From positions 496,001 through 560,000 of the forward strand of contig CBFFSA010000001.1 of the NCBI GenBank assembly GCA_965644495.1: a stretch of DNA of 64,000 bases, written 5' to 3'. The notes under the pieces were generated by a model. It had not been told where the DNA came from. It saw only the letters and a list, made by a program, of their open reading frames with translations, and searched no databases. Position numbers and translations under genes: made by a program. The stretch comes from Perkinsela sp. CCAP 1560/9 (lineage: Eukaryota; Protista; Euglenozoa: Kinetoplastea). Within the stretch, counting starts at the first letter, position 1, and every line of letters begins with the position of its first letter. This document shows, one piece after another, positions 52,042-62,456 of the stretch.

Positions 52042-52699
52042 CACCCCCGTTCACCCTGTTTTACCCGGTATTATGCACCTCGAAAAAATGATTGAAACTG
52101 TGTAAAAAGTGGTTATTCGGCGTTTCTAGGAAGAGTTCTACTCAGGAAAAATCTTTTTTGCCATGACAACCCCATTGTACTCGTTTGCGAGGGGGCGTAA
52201 CTTTCAATTTTCCCGCAAAGTGATTTTTTTTTGGCATAACCAATTTTTCACTTTGATAGTGGTTGCACGGAGGGAAGGGTGGTTTATAATGCAAGAATGT
52301 AATTTACAACTAACATCGTCATCCCACACACGAAAAAAGCCCTGTTCTCTTCTCGCAAAGTTGCTAGGTTCTCTAGCGCAATAGCAAAATGTTTGCAGTT
52401 TGTTTCCATTCAGAAGGCGGATTAGACCATCTTCTGGATGATACATTGGTCAATTGGCGTGCGAAATAAAGTTTTATAGCAAAAAAAAATTCGAAAATCT
52501 TGAAAAATACGAAATGTGAACGTAGAAAAATGGATAAAAATCACGTAAATATATTCTAGCTGCGTTAATATGGAGATAATGAACGAAAACATTTTTCTAA
52601 GGTGCACAACGGACGTACATGTTGTATCGCGAAGGAATTAGTTAAAAAGCTCCCACGAGCCGCTCAATCAATTACGGGCAGTAAATGTGAACGGGGGTA
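52042..52699. mobile_element. non-autonomous TIR element (MITE) flanked by TA
   Basis: Core ACCCCCGTTCAC (52043-52054) and GTGAACGGGGGT (52687-52698), imperfect extension to ~30 bp; TA at 52040-41 and 52700-01; non-coding interior. Confidence 0.7.
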
Positions 52700-52831
52700 T
52701 ACGATTAAATCGTTCCCATTCCAATGACACGACAATTCGAAATCACACAGTTTCGTGGTGAAGAATCAACTTAATAGGATAGTTGTATTCTTGTAATATA
52801 CACATCATTTTTTGGTTACATACACATAAAA

Positions 52832-53164
52832 CTACCAATTTTTGGTATGCGGGTGCTCTCCTGATGGCCAAGTTTGCGGCATCGCTTGTCCCTGCGGCAT
52901 TTCGCACAATGCATCAATTTCCTTCGGAATTTGTTGGGGGATATTCGATAGAGGAGCCCTTCTATAAAATACCTCCTTGGGATTCACCATAAACCACTCC
53001 TTTTCATAGGGTTCCACTAAGACCTGCCTGCGAAACTCTTCCCGCCCTCCGTAACTCCACAGCAATATTTTCCACAAAGCCCATATCCCGAAGAAACTCC
53101 CAATAGGCATTACGGAACACAGCAACCCTATTTCTGCATACGCTTTTAGGCGCTTCAGTCCCAT
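52832..53164 (-). CDS. small hypothetical single-TM protein
   Basis: 110-aa ATG ORF on the cluster strand with a hydrophobic segment. Confidence 0.65.
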   Translation of the reverse strand: MGLKRLKAYAEIGLLCSVMPIGSFFGIWALWKILLWSYGGREEFRRQVLVEPYEKEWFMVNPKEVFYRRAPLSNIPQQIPKEIDALCEMPQGQAMPQTWPSGEHPHTKNW

Positions 53165-53590
53165 GTAGAAATATTGTTGAAGCTGAAGACGCTAGCAAAT
53201 TCCTAAGGTGTATGGGCTATATTTGCATCACACTACATATTCTCCATACTGAAGGTTATATATTATTGTACATTATTTTATACATTATATTGTACATTAC
53301 ATGACGTCCATCCCAATATGTACATTGTACATTGGATTCTTTTCATAAGGATACTTAATTGGTGAGAATTTTAGCAAGTAAACAGAGGTAAGAAAAACGC
53401 AAGATGACAATAAAGACCAAGATTGCGGCCAGACTTTGATTTTAACAGCCGATCTTTTTATCGGTGCTCGCTTTCGATGATTTTCTGACAAAAATTTGTA
53501 CAGAAGAGAATATACGTTTGGGAAAGTAGATAAATGACCGAGAATCGAAGTATTTCTCACTAAATACATGGCAAATATTAGATTTTGGTT

Positions 53591-54469
53591 CTATTTTGGC
53601 TCTAGATTCTGATGGCGCAAGAGTTTCCTGATCAAGAACGATTTCGCTCCAGGCAAATCACTGGTTTCAACTCCAAGTGATTTTAAAGAGGGTAGCGCCT
53701 TTGTAGGAAAACGAGAAAGATCAAGGCCAAATGAACGTTGCTGTGTAGCAAATTGAGCTAGAAAAGCAAAATATTTCCCATTCTGGGTCGATGGATATAC
53801 AGATGAGAATGCATTGTCTTCCAAACGAATTAGAGAAGAAACCTCCTTCTCACTGCTGTTTTCTGCTCCCCGGATGCTTAGCGCTTCTTTCACTTCTACG
53901 ACGGAAGTAAGATATGTAGCGACAGCTCGCTGCATCATTTTGAGTTCTTGTTCCTTTCCAAGGCTACGCCTTTTTAGTGTGTCCAACTCCATTCGTGCCA
54001 TATAGTGCTCTTTCTTTCGCTCAGCAATCATACAGTTCACATCCAGAAGTTGCATCTCAATGTTGAATAAAAAAGACTTTTCTTCCGATTGTTTCTTTTG
54101 CACGTCAATTAATTTTTTCTGCAAGGACATCAAGTATAAGAGCCGCTTTTCATGTTGCGTACGAAAATGTTCAATCTGCCGCATAAACTCTATTTGAGAT
54201 TGATCAGAGAGCGAATTTTGTTTTGGAACATTTGGCGCCTCAAGCTTTGATTTGTGTGCACAAGATTCGGACAGCTCTCTTTCTGAGGACTTGCTTCTCA
54301 GAATGCATTCATCGAGATCAATATCCATAGCAACTGTTCTGAAAGAACCGCGCTCAGTTAATACGTTTTTCTGTGATACAACACTCGGACTATTTTTTTC
54401 AGATACACCCGGAACAGGAACAGAGATTAATTTTTCCGGATGACTGTTATCGTCAATAAATTTTCCCAA
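53591..54469 (-). CDS. hypothetical coiled-coil protein
   Basis: Long E/K/Q-rich heptad region; first ATG at 54328, start uncertain. Confidence 0.65.
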   Translation of the reverse strand: MGKFIDDNSHPEKLISVPVPGVSEKNSPSVVSQKNVLTERGSFRTVAMDIDLDECILRSKSSERELSESCAHKSKLEAPNVPKQNSLSDQSQIEFMRQIEHFRTQHEKRLLYLMSLQKKLIDVQKKQSEEKSFLFNIEMQLLDVNCMIAERKKEHYMARMELDTLKRRSLGKEQELKMMQRAVATYLTSVVEVKEALSIRGAENSSEKEVSSLIRLEDNAFSSVYPSTQNGKYFAFLAQFATQQRSFGLDLSRFPTKALPSLKSLGVETSDLPGAKSFLIRKLLRHQNLEPK

Positions 54470-54582
54470 CTAGATTCCAACATTCTTCTGAAATTCTCTG
54501 TTGCTTATTTCATGATTGAAAAAGCAATTGATCAATAGAAACTGAATAGAAATGGCACACGTTGCAGTTACGGTATTGTAAA

Positions 54583-55219
54583 GGGGGGGCTCGTTTATTT
54601 TTAATATTCGCTTATTGTTAACAATCAATAAATTCATTTATTGTTAACATACGATTATTGTTAACAATGAATTAATTTCGTTTTTTCGTGTGGCAGTCAC
54701 ACTGTGACTGTTCAATTTTTTTTCCCCTATGATCATGTTTTATAATAAAACATGATCATAGGGAACAAAAATCCGCTATAAAATAAAGTGTTCATGATAA
54801 GGAAAAGGATGCGCTTAAGGATATGCGAAACAATGTTATTGAAACAACAGACTTTGAGTCGCCCGACGATGGCAGCCTCCAGAGATAAAACGTTGAGAAG
54901 GCAAGTAAACGGTACCTCACCCGACATCGCACTTCGATTCCCATAACTCAGTTTTGGATGAAACTGGATGGCAATTGAAAACTGCGCAGTTCCCTAAAGA
55001 GGAGTCATTGGAGAGTCGTTAGTAGTTTCGGCGATTGCCAGTGACCTTCAGCGACCTCCAGAGAGTGCCCAAATACTCCCCATTGTTAACAATATTCGAA
55101 CTTACATTGCAACTCGTATAATGTTAACATTGGGGGGTAAAAGTTAGATTATTGTTAACATTCGATTATTGTTAGCGCATTGCTCGAAAAAATTGTTAAC
55201 AATAAACGAGTCCCCCCCC
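54583..55219. mobile_element. MITE-like element with G-run termini and TGTTAACA subterminal repeats
   Basis: GGGGGGGCTCGTTTATT / AATAAACGAGTCCCCCCCC ends; palindromic TGTTAACA three times near the left end and four times near the right end. Confidence 0.62.
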
Positions 55220-55240
55220 ATTTAATTACGTTCGTATTTA

Positions 55241-55363
55241 ATTTTTCTTTTTTAGTGGCTTCATTAAACGCGGCGGTTGTTTTCAACTTCGAACTCACTC
55301 ATGCTGCGCGCTTCGCGTTGAAAACTGCCTCCGCGTTTAACGAAGCCACTAAAAAAGAAAAAT
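55241..55363. repeat. 47-bp-arm inverted repeat (hairpin)
   Basis: 55241-55287 pairs with 55317-55363 with 4 mismatches; 29-nt spacer. Confidence 0.85.
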
Positions 55364-56267
55364 CGTGAAAAAATCATGAATAACTAATTTTTGGGTGAAA
55401 ATCACAAATTTTTGAGCCAAAATTGCGAAATTTTAACCCGAATTTGGGCCGTTTTTGATGTGTTACCAGAGGCGTAGGAGGCGAATCTGTCGAAAAAAAC
55501 GTCATAGAGTGGTAGATGAGGTTCCGAACTCTCAAAATACGTTTTAGGAGTCCACTTTGGAAAAACGATATTTTTACTTTTTTTTTGGTCATCCCAAAAA
55601 TTTCGGAAATTTTGACCTTGTCCGACCGCTCCTGCGCGTACCAGGTGGGGGGTACCACCAGGTGGGGGGTGGGAAATTATCTCCGCGGCATACTCTAACA
55701 CTTCCCTGGGCTCTATTTTGAAAAGCAAAAAATTCGAAAAAAAAATCGCAACGTATGCCCCCCCTGGACCCCCCATTTTTTCGACTTTTTTTTCAGTTTT
55801 GGACCACCCTTTAATATTTTCTTCTTCTATATATTACTGTGTTCCTCTTTATATTTTCATTGTTTTTGTTAACTTTTTTTTTAATAATCGAGGGTAGAGC
55901 GGTAGTTATACAACCACCGCAATTACGGATATTATTTAATTAACATCGTTTTTGCCGAGAAAAACACTCAAATTGATTTGAGTTTTCAGTTTTTCGGGAA
56001 TTCGAAATGTCAGCAACTATCGATGTCACATTGACAGTTGATATGTCAGACAAAAATGAACATCAGGAGGTTTGAACAGCGGAGTCGATTCAGCGGGTAG
56101 CCGATCTTGAAAAATATTTCAACAGTTCGGGTTTTACTCTACTAACTGGGGTTTTTCGTGGTTTTTACTCGGTGTACCTTGATAACATACCGGGGGGGGG
56201 TATGTTAAATAGGTATGTGGTTTATATCTATTATCTTCACCCCCTTCACTTCAAAACAATCTACGTA

Positions 56268-56730
56268 CAACCCCGTTCACCAAAAATGGGATCAACACAC
56301 AGAATGGGACCTGCACAGAATGTGACTTGTTTTTAAATAAGACCAATATAGTAATTATTTGTATTTTATCCTCTTTTTGTTTAATTAACAGGACTTGAAG
56401 ATTTTTAAAAATTATTAAGAAACGTTCTCCAAATTTTAATATTTCTCGAGATTTCAGTACATTTCTCCGGTTCTATTCATTTGATCAACCTATGAGTTGT
56501 AGCGATAGTGCAGAACTGTCGAGCGGGCGTCTCTTTCGGAAGGAGACAATACCGATTATCATCCATCAGATGAAATGGAATCAGATTATTCTGAACCGAT
56601 GAAATCTAATTTTGAAACAAATGCTACTCTCCGAAGGAAGACATCTTGTCGTCCTTATCGGATTACTCTATGTACTCTACTTCTTCTAGCTGTTCTGATT
56701 CTTCTGGTCATTCACCTTGTAGCGTAACAT
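56268..56730 (+). mobile_element. truncated TIR element end related to the 52-kb MITE
   Basis: TA|CAACCCCGTTCAC (1 mismatch to the MITE end); downstream frameshifted acidic ORF remnant from ATG 56492; no partner TIR seen. Confidence 0.4.
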
Positions 56731-56831
56731 AAAACTGAATCTACACGTTTCAAAGTACGAACTACTCGATGTACTTTATCGAAGAATTTATAAAGTGTTT
56801 CGATGAAAAACGGAAACTAATGCTGAATTCA

Positions 56832-57347
56832 TTATTTCTCAAAATAATGGCACGTAATTTCCTCGAAGATAATGTCCCCATCCGTATCTACCACGGCCAA
56901 TATTATTTTGGTGGTCCCTGTTAGCAGTTTGAGTTGTGTGCATGGACAAAGTGTGCAGTATTTTTCGTGGATATCGGCGAATATATCAAACTCAGCTTGT
57001 ACATCCCGTCGGTTACCATGTAGAATGATGTCCTGGATTTCATTCAGTGAGCAGGAAAAAATTCGAATGAAAGTGGCTAGCTTTTCCACACTTAGTTTGA
57101 AGTCGGATGTGACTGGAATAATCACACGGTTTCCTGGAAGCCATATAAAGTAAATGAAATCCCACCCAAATCTAAAATATTGACCTCGGGCATGGAAAAC
57201 AGGTACAAACCTGACAAGGGTGTCGCATGCTTGATGAAAAAACGCGACTAGGCAGTGAGTTGATACAGCATTAGGCAATGGTCCTAGTTGTGCAGCCACA
57301 TATTCCAGTCGGTCCCTTGCAACTAAGGACCACGATGGGTTGGACAT
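56832..57347 (-). CDS. putative tRNA-splicing endonuclease Sen15-like subunit
   Basis: VIIPVTSDFKLSVEKLATF and C-terminal KIILAVVDTDGDIIFEEI resemble the Sen15 signature. Confidence 0.5.
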   Translation of the reverse strand: MSNPSWSLVARDRLEYVAAQLGPLPNAVSTHCLVAFFHQACDTLVRFVPVFHARGQYFRFGWDFIYFIWLPGNRVIIPVTSDFKLSVEKLATFIRIFSCSLNEIQDIILHGNRRDVQAEFDIFADIHEKYCTLCPCTQLKLLTGTTKIILAVVDTDGDIIFEEITCHYFEK

Positions 57348-57609
57348 TCATCCGTTGAATATTGGGCAGAATTCCCGCCTATAAAGTGGAGTAAAAGGAG
57401 AAGTAAAAAACTATGTTCCACATAAATTCAAAAGTAAAAAATACGATTTCATAGAAAATATACACAAAAATGTATTCATAAAAATATACATAAAATAGAG
57501 AGCAACAGAGGGAACTTTTTTCAACTTATACGTAAGAAAGAAAGCTATCTGAGTCCGGGTAGAATATCCGATGTTGAACATCGCACTTACTTGGCGGAGA
57601 AAAATAGAT

Positions 57610-59412
57610 TTATATTTTTGCAGCAGGATTTGCGGTACAATCCTCCTCCTTATAGGTAATAGCGAGAGTTGTAGAAGACAAGTCATCCTCCAGTAACAGT
57701 TGTGCAGATGTTGTTGATAAGCCAGGGTAGACCGCTTCTTCATCAACATAGGAACATATTACGGTTCGGCCATTAAATCTCCGCCCGGAAAGTGTTTGCT
57801 GCGCCAAGGTAGCTTCCTGCGATGTGCGATATACGGCGAAAGCTCGGCCAACTGCGCCACGCACCGGGTGTTTCAACTCCCGAAAAAACTTTTCCATGGC
57901 GTCGTCAAAAGTTTCGTCGGTTGACAAGGGTACAGAGGTACTCTTCTCTCCACTATCCGTTATGGCTAACGGTTTTTGACTCTCTGGTGCTCGAGTGGGA
58001 ACTTTTGGTGGATACCTTGTGATAATCAATTCTTCTAAGCACCCATAAGTCTCTAGCTCCGACTCAATGTCTTCGCGCAAATTTTCAAAATCCTCATCAT
58101 CGTCGAGTTCCGACTCATCCACAAGATTGAGCAGCACAAGAACGCGTGTGGGCCCTCGTAGTCTACGTCCGCGGAAGTACCTTTGAACCACTCCTTCTAT
58201 ATTCTCATCAGGGTGCAACAGTGCTTTAAGAAAAGCATTCTTACGAGCCTCGTGCCCTGCATCCTCGGCGCAAATGAGCGATGCGCTAGACGCAACGGTC
58301 CGATCCGTCACTGCAATATACTGTGACAAAATCGATGGAGGACAAACAGACGACAGCAACCGCAATAGTCCATCGGGAATTGACAACAAATTGCGCTGAA
58401 CGGTGCTCCAGCGATCGTAGTGAGTCGCCACCCGACAATGCAGCGCGATCCCATTCCATTCCTCGCCGTCCAAGGCGGCAATAAGATTCTTCACCCCCTC
58501 CGGAGTATCATACAGAAAAAAAGCACACCCCGAATTCTGCGCAGAAGACTCCCCAGCAGAGAGAAACCACATATCTTGTACATTTCCAATTTCCGGGTCT
58601 GAAAACATTTCAACCAGCGCGTTTTTATCACCTTCCGATACCGGAAGCCCTGCAACATAGGCAAGGCACGGAATCGGAGTCTCCCCCATCGGGTCCTCCG
58701 GGGCGTTCTTCACTTTTCGTACCTTTAACAGCCCTGTGGCTCGGTGTCGGTTGGTGAACGGGGCGGTGTCCAGGGCGAGCGCTGCCACAGCATACCGTTC
58801 GTGGCGGAAATACACAAAACAGTAACGGTAGGGCTGGGTGAGATCGCCAGCCATCTCTACCCGCACCACAGGGGGCTGGGACGCATCATCGCTTCCTGAG
58901 GAAACGCTCGGGGAGGGGGGGAGAGAGGATTGAAAAAAGTGACACACATCAAGGTCGGTGGTGCCCTGGGGGAGGCCCCCGATGTAGAGTCTCCGTGCAG
59001 CATCTTGGGCCTCGGGGAGGAGTCTGGGGAACAGGGTTTCAGCAATGGATTGTGAGAGATATCTAGCGGAGGGAACAAAATTGAAAGCACGAAGAAAAGG
59101 TACAAAACTACTCGGCACTGCATTAGTATACGGGACAAGAGCCCCATCAGTCCGATCGATATTACTATGTGATTTTTCTATTTTATTGTTTTTTGTATTG
59201 TGATCAGAAGACTGAGATATATTACTTGTAGAGGATACATTATCAGATTTTAAAGAAACAGATCGAGATGCAGATCTAGTACCCAAGATGACCTCAGAAA
59301 GCTCATCTATCGATACATTGGGAACAGCTTCAGACTCGGATTTTTCTCGTTGCTTCTTTGGATATATTTCTTTGTTTTGAGCATGGTGGACATACTCGTA
59401 GGTGCGCTTCAT
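57610..59412 (-). CDS. U2AF65: splicing factor U2AF large subunit
   Basis: RRM1 ARRLYIGGLP, RRM2, UHM PTRVLVLLNLV...EDIESELETYG...AQQTLSGRRFNGRTVICSY. Confidence 0.88.
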   Translation of the reverse strand: MKRTYEYVHHAQNKEIYPKKQREKSESEAVPNVSIDELSEVILGTRSASRSVSLKSDNVSSTSNISQSSDHNTKNNKIEKSHSNIDRTDGALVPYTNAVPSSFVPFLRAFNFVPSARYLSQSIAETLFPRLLPEAQDAARRLYIGGLPQGTTDLDVCHFFQSSLPPSPSVSSGSDDASQPPVVRVEMAGDLTQPYRYCFVYFRHERYAVAALALDTAPFTNRHRATGLLKVRKVKNAPEDPMGETPIPCLAYVAGLPVSEGDKNALVEMFSDPEIGNVQDMWFLSAGESSAQNSGCAFFLYDTPEGVKNLIAALDGEEWNGIALHCRVATHYDRWSTVQRNLLSIPDGLLRLLSSVCPPSILSQYIAVTDRTVASSASLICAEDAGHEARKNAFLKALLHPDENIEGVVQRYFRGRRLRGPTRVLVLLNLVDESELDDDEDFENLREDIESELETYGCLEELIITRYPPKVPTRAPESQKPLAITDSGEKSTSVPLSTDETFDDAMEKFFRELKHPVRGAVGRAFAVYRTSQEATLAQQTLSGRRFNGRTVICSYVDEEAVYPGLSTTSAQLLLEDDLSSTTLAITYKEEDCTANPAAKI

Positions 59413-59940
59413 TTACAGGGTATTTAATTGGAAAAAAAGTGCCTTTTGAGTGCTTCTAGGTAACTAAAATAATCTATCGGCATGTTGTCTTAGAGGCGCT
59501 AGATAATCTAGTGTCTGTACAGTGACATAAATCAAATTTGTAGGACGCCAAACATTATTCATTAGAATAAAGGACACATTCAATACAATGTACATTGTAT
59601 ACCGTAACAAGAGAAACGAAATTGTATGTGTGACAACATACACAATGTATAAAAAATACAGTGTATGCTCATGATGTGGTGCATACTGCGCTTTAACAAG
59701 TCAAGTCAACGCTGAAGCGTATCGGAATGCAAACAGGAAAATCTGTTTGCATGAGCGCGACACAGTGGATGTATCGTCTGAGCGGACTCAGTACAGTTTG
59801 ACATAAACCAATTGTGTATCTGTGTCAAATCTAAATAATCAGACGAATTGGACTGGTTTACTTAAACTTGGCATTGCACGCTTTCCAGCAACATAACTCT
59901 TTTAAACAAACTCTGAAGTGAAGTTACTGGGATGTACTAT

Positions 59941-60387
59941 TTACTCCTCACTTGCCCATTCGTGTGGTATGGAGCGATCGGGAAAGTATTCTTTCCACAA
60001 TGACTGCATCAATTTTTTACGTCCAGAATACTCGCCCCCATACGTCCCCAGACAATACTTCCAGTGAATGTCACTAAGTCGTTGCGCGGCGTTCTTTTTC
60101 TTTTCATCCCGCAAGCATCGGTAATACGCGTCTCGCTCTCTTTGACATTTCCACAAGGTCCATTGCTTGTCCTGCGTGCATCGCGCCATAGCCTTTTCAT
60201 GTTCATAACAAGTCCGAGAAATCTCGCCTTTCAAAACGTTGTTCAGATCCGCTTGGACCCAATGGGGGACCGAACGTGCCCCTCTGCTGTCAATCATCGC
60301 GTAGTCCTCGTCTAATATGCGATGCATTGTATTCGGGCCAGAGCTTTGCCGAGAAAATGGAGACTCCTCATGCTGTATCGCACTCAT
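59941..60387 (-). CDS. CMC1: twin CX9C COX assembly protein (Cmc1-like)
   Basis: CYEHEKAMARC and CQRERDAYYRC twin CX9C motifs. Confidence 0.7.
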   Translation of the reverse strand: MSAIQHEESPFSRQSSGPNTMHRILDEDYAMIDSRGARSVPHWVQADLNNVLKGEISRTCYEHEKAMARCTQDKQWTLWKCQRERDAYYRCLRDEKKKNAAQRLSDIHWKYCLGTYGGEYSGRKKLMQSLWKEYFPDRSIPHEWASEE

Positions 60388-60644
60388 TGAAAATGGTTCT
60401 CGTTCTCAACGTGGAAGATATCAAAAGTGTTAATATTGGGGTACTTTAAGTTAGTATTTTCTATTATTTTTATTAAAGAACTTACATAAAGTTGACACAT
60501 GCGTCATGCAAATAATCAAAATAAACAATTACATAAGCATTGTAAATGTGTTGTGCATACACGCTCGTATACGGTGGGCATACGAACCGTGTATCAATAA
60601 TCATCTTCACAAAACATTTTGCTGATAAGCTACTATCATTCGAT

Positions 60645-62192
60645 TTATCCCTTTTTATGAAAAAGCGGAGTACTACACGGAAAAAGAGTCACGCCCCTCC
60701 ATTCACCATATATAGTGGAAACTATCGAAAGCGATCCAAAATATTGTTTCAAGATCGAACGTAAGATGTCACATTCCTTGCATAGGTACCTCCACCAAGG
60801 TATGGACTTTGGGCTTATAGTTGTTACCCCAGATGAAAGTGTTTGCATATGAACACTTACGGGATAGTTACTTCGATGTTGCATCCAATGTAGAGTCCAC
60901 ATAACAGGATTATTTACGACAAGCGCGGCCATTGTGACCATAAACACGCGAAGTAATCCTACTTTGAGTACCAGTATCGTGTAATAAAAGTAGTATAGTG
61001 CAATGGTTGGGTATAAAAAGCATAGCGGGGTAAACAGCAATGTCCCGAGAAGGAAACGATCGAGTTGAAAGTCGACGGTGTCAACACGATTGCCGCGCAA
61101 AGGATTTTTTTTCTTACCTCGGAATACGCGAAAAAGAGAACGAATAAATATTAACACCGTGTGATAAAAGTAAGCCAGGAAGCTGTGCACAAGGTAAATA
61201 TGCAATGACAGAAATGAAATAAAATCCGACATGACACACAGAATAAACGAGAGACCGAATGGCACCAAACATTGAAGACTGTAAAGCACGGCGGTGCTCT
61301 CAACAAAAGTACTAAATACCGGGAGGAAAGTCTTTACGACAAATAATGCTGTGTCGGCATGTAGCTCATTTAATGCCTCGTTGGACTTAAATCCCGCTGG
61401 CCATCCACGAAACCACTGGAGATACTCTACCGGTTCGTTGTACAGGAGATCTGCGAGAAGGGACTTTAAATGGGATATAAATGGGAGCAGCGAGGTGAGG
61501 AACCATACCCCAAGAAATATGTCCACTAGTTCTAAAAGCAGCGTAAAATATATTCCTGTGTGAAATACGCGACGACACCTTGCTTCTATGCATTGCAACG
61601 ACTGTGGCTTTCCCACTGATTGTGCAAATTTTCTAAATACAAAAATCGGTACATCACAAAGTCTTTTCAAAGGATACTGCGCACAGATGGCAATCCTTGA
61701 GACAATGTGAGCTATTCGACTCTGTGAGAAACATAAAACTGCAGAGTTGCTGCGAGGCTTCATTTTGGAACCTAGACCTCCGAAAAGCCATCTTGGGTAA
61801 GAAACCGATGGAATGTATGTATAGATTAGCACAATTTGAGGGATCTTAGTATTCTTAGAAATAAAATTTGCTTTTTCACTCGCCCTGGTGGGAGGGAAAG
61901 TACGCTTGCACGCAACGAAACTATTTTCAGTGGTGTCCTCCAATATACACCAGCAATCATCTGGAAGGCCGTCAGAAGCTTCACAAGTTTTTAAATCTGC
62001 GGGTGGAGTATCACTGCAAGATTTCAAACTCATCCATGCGAGCCTTCCCAAAAGAGAATCTTCCTTTAAATCTTTCGAATTTGAAGTGCAGGTGACCAAT
62101 ATGAAATTCTCTTTTCGGTACCCCCATAGAAAAGATCCACTTAAACATTTGATATGTCTCGGCCACAAAAGGTGCAAAACTTCCGAAGACAT
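60645..62192 (-). CDS. GPI1: GPI-GlcNAc transferase subunit GPI1/PIG-Q
   Basis: WPAGFKSNEALN, LFRVFRGKKKNPLR.NRVD...DRFLLGTLLFT.LCFLYPT. Confidence 0.93.
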   Translation of the reverse strand: MSSEVLHLLWPRHIKCLSGSFLWGYRKENFILVTCTSNSKDLKEDSLLGRLAWMSLKSCSDTPPADLKTCEASDGLPDDCWCILEDTTENSFVACKRTFPPTRASEKANFISKNTKIPQIVLIYTYIPSVSYPRWLFGGLGSKMKPRSNSAVLCFSQSRIAHIVSRIAICAQYPLKRLCDVPIFVFRKFAQSVGKPQSLQCIEARCRRVFHTGIYFTLLLELVDIFLGVWFLTSLLPFISHLKSLLADLLYNEPVEYLQWFRGWPAGFKSNEALNELHADTALFVVKTFLPVFSTFVESTAVLYSLQCLVPFGLSFILCVMSDFISFLSLHIYLVHSFLAYFYHTVLIFIRSLFRVFRGKKKNPLRGNRVDTVDFQLDRFLLGTLLFTPLCFLYPTIALYYFYYTILVLKVGLLRVFMVTMAALVVNNPVMWTLHWMQHRSNYPVSVHMQTLSSGVTTISPKSIPWWRYLCKECDILRSILKQYFGSLSIVSTIYGEWRGVTLFPCSTPLFHKKG

Positions 62193-62456
62193 GCAAGCTA
62201 GGTGTACTTACTCTGGGGTTGATTACATGACTACGTAATATAAAATAGGAGCACAAAAAATTTATCATTAACGACATAACAAATGCATTTGCATGCAGGT
62301 TTGCTGAATATTTGCACGTAGAAATCGCATGTAGAATCTCATAAATTTATTAATATCTCATAAATTTATTAATCACTTCGAGTGAAACGCCTACATACTT
62401 CTGGAAATGTAATTGAAAAGTATAGTCTGATATGAATAATGAAAGCTGTCCTTTTT

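Noticed and set aside
54600-55210. CRISPR-like array from recurring TGTTAACA motifs
   Set aside because: Repeats too short and irregularly spaced, no cas genes, eukaryotic context
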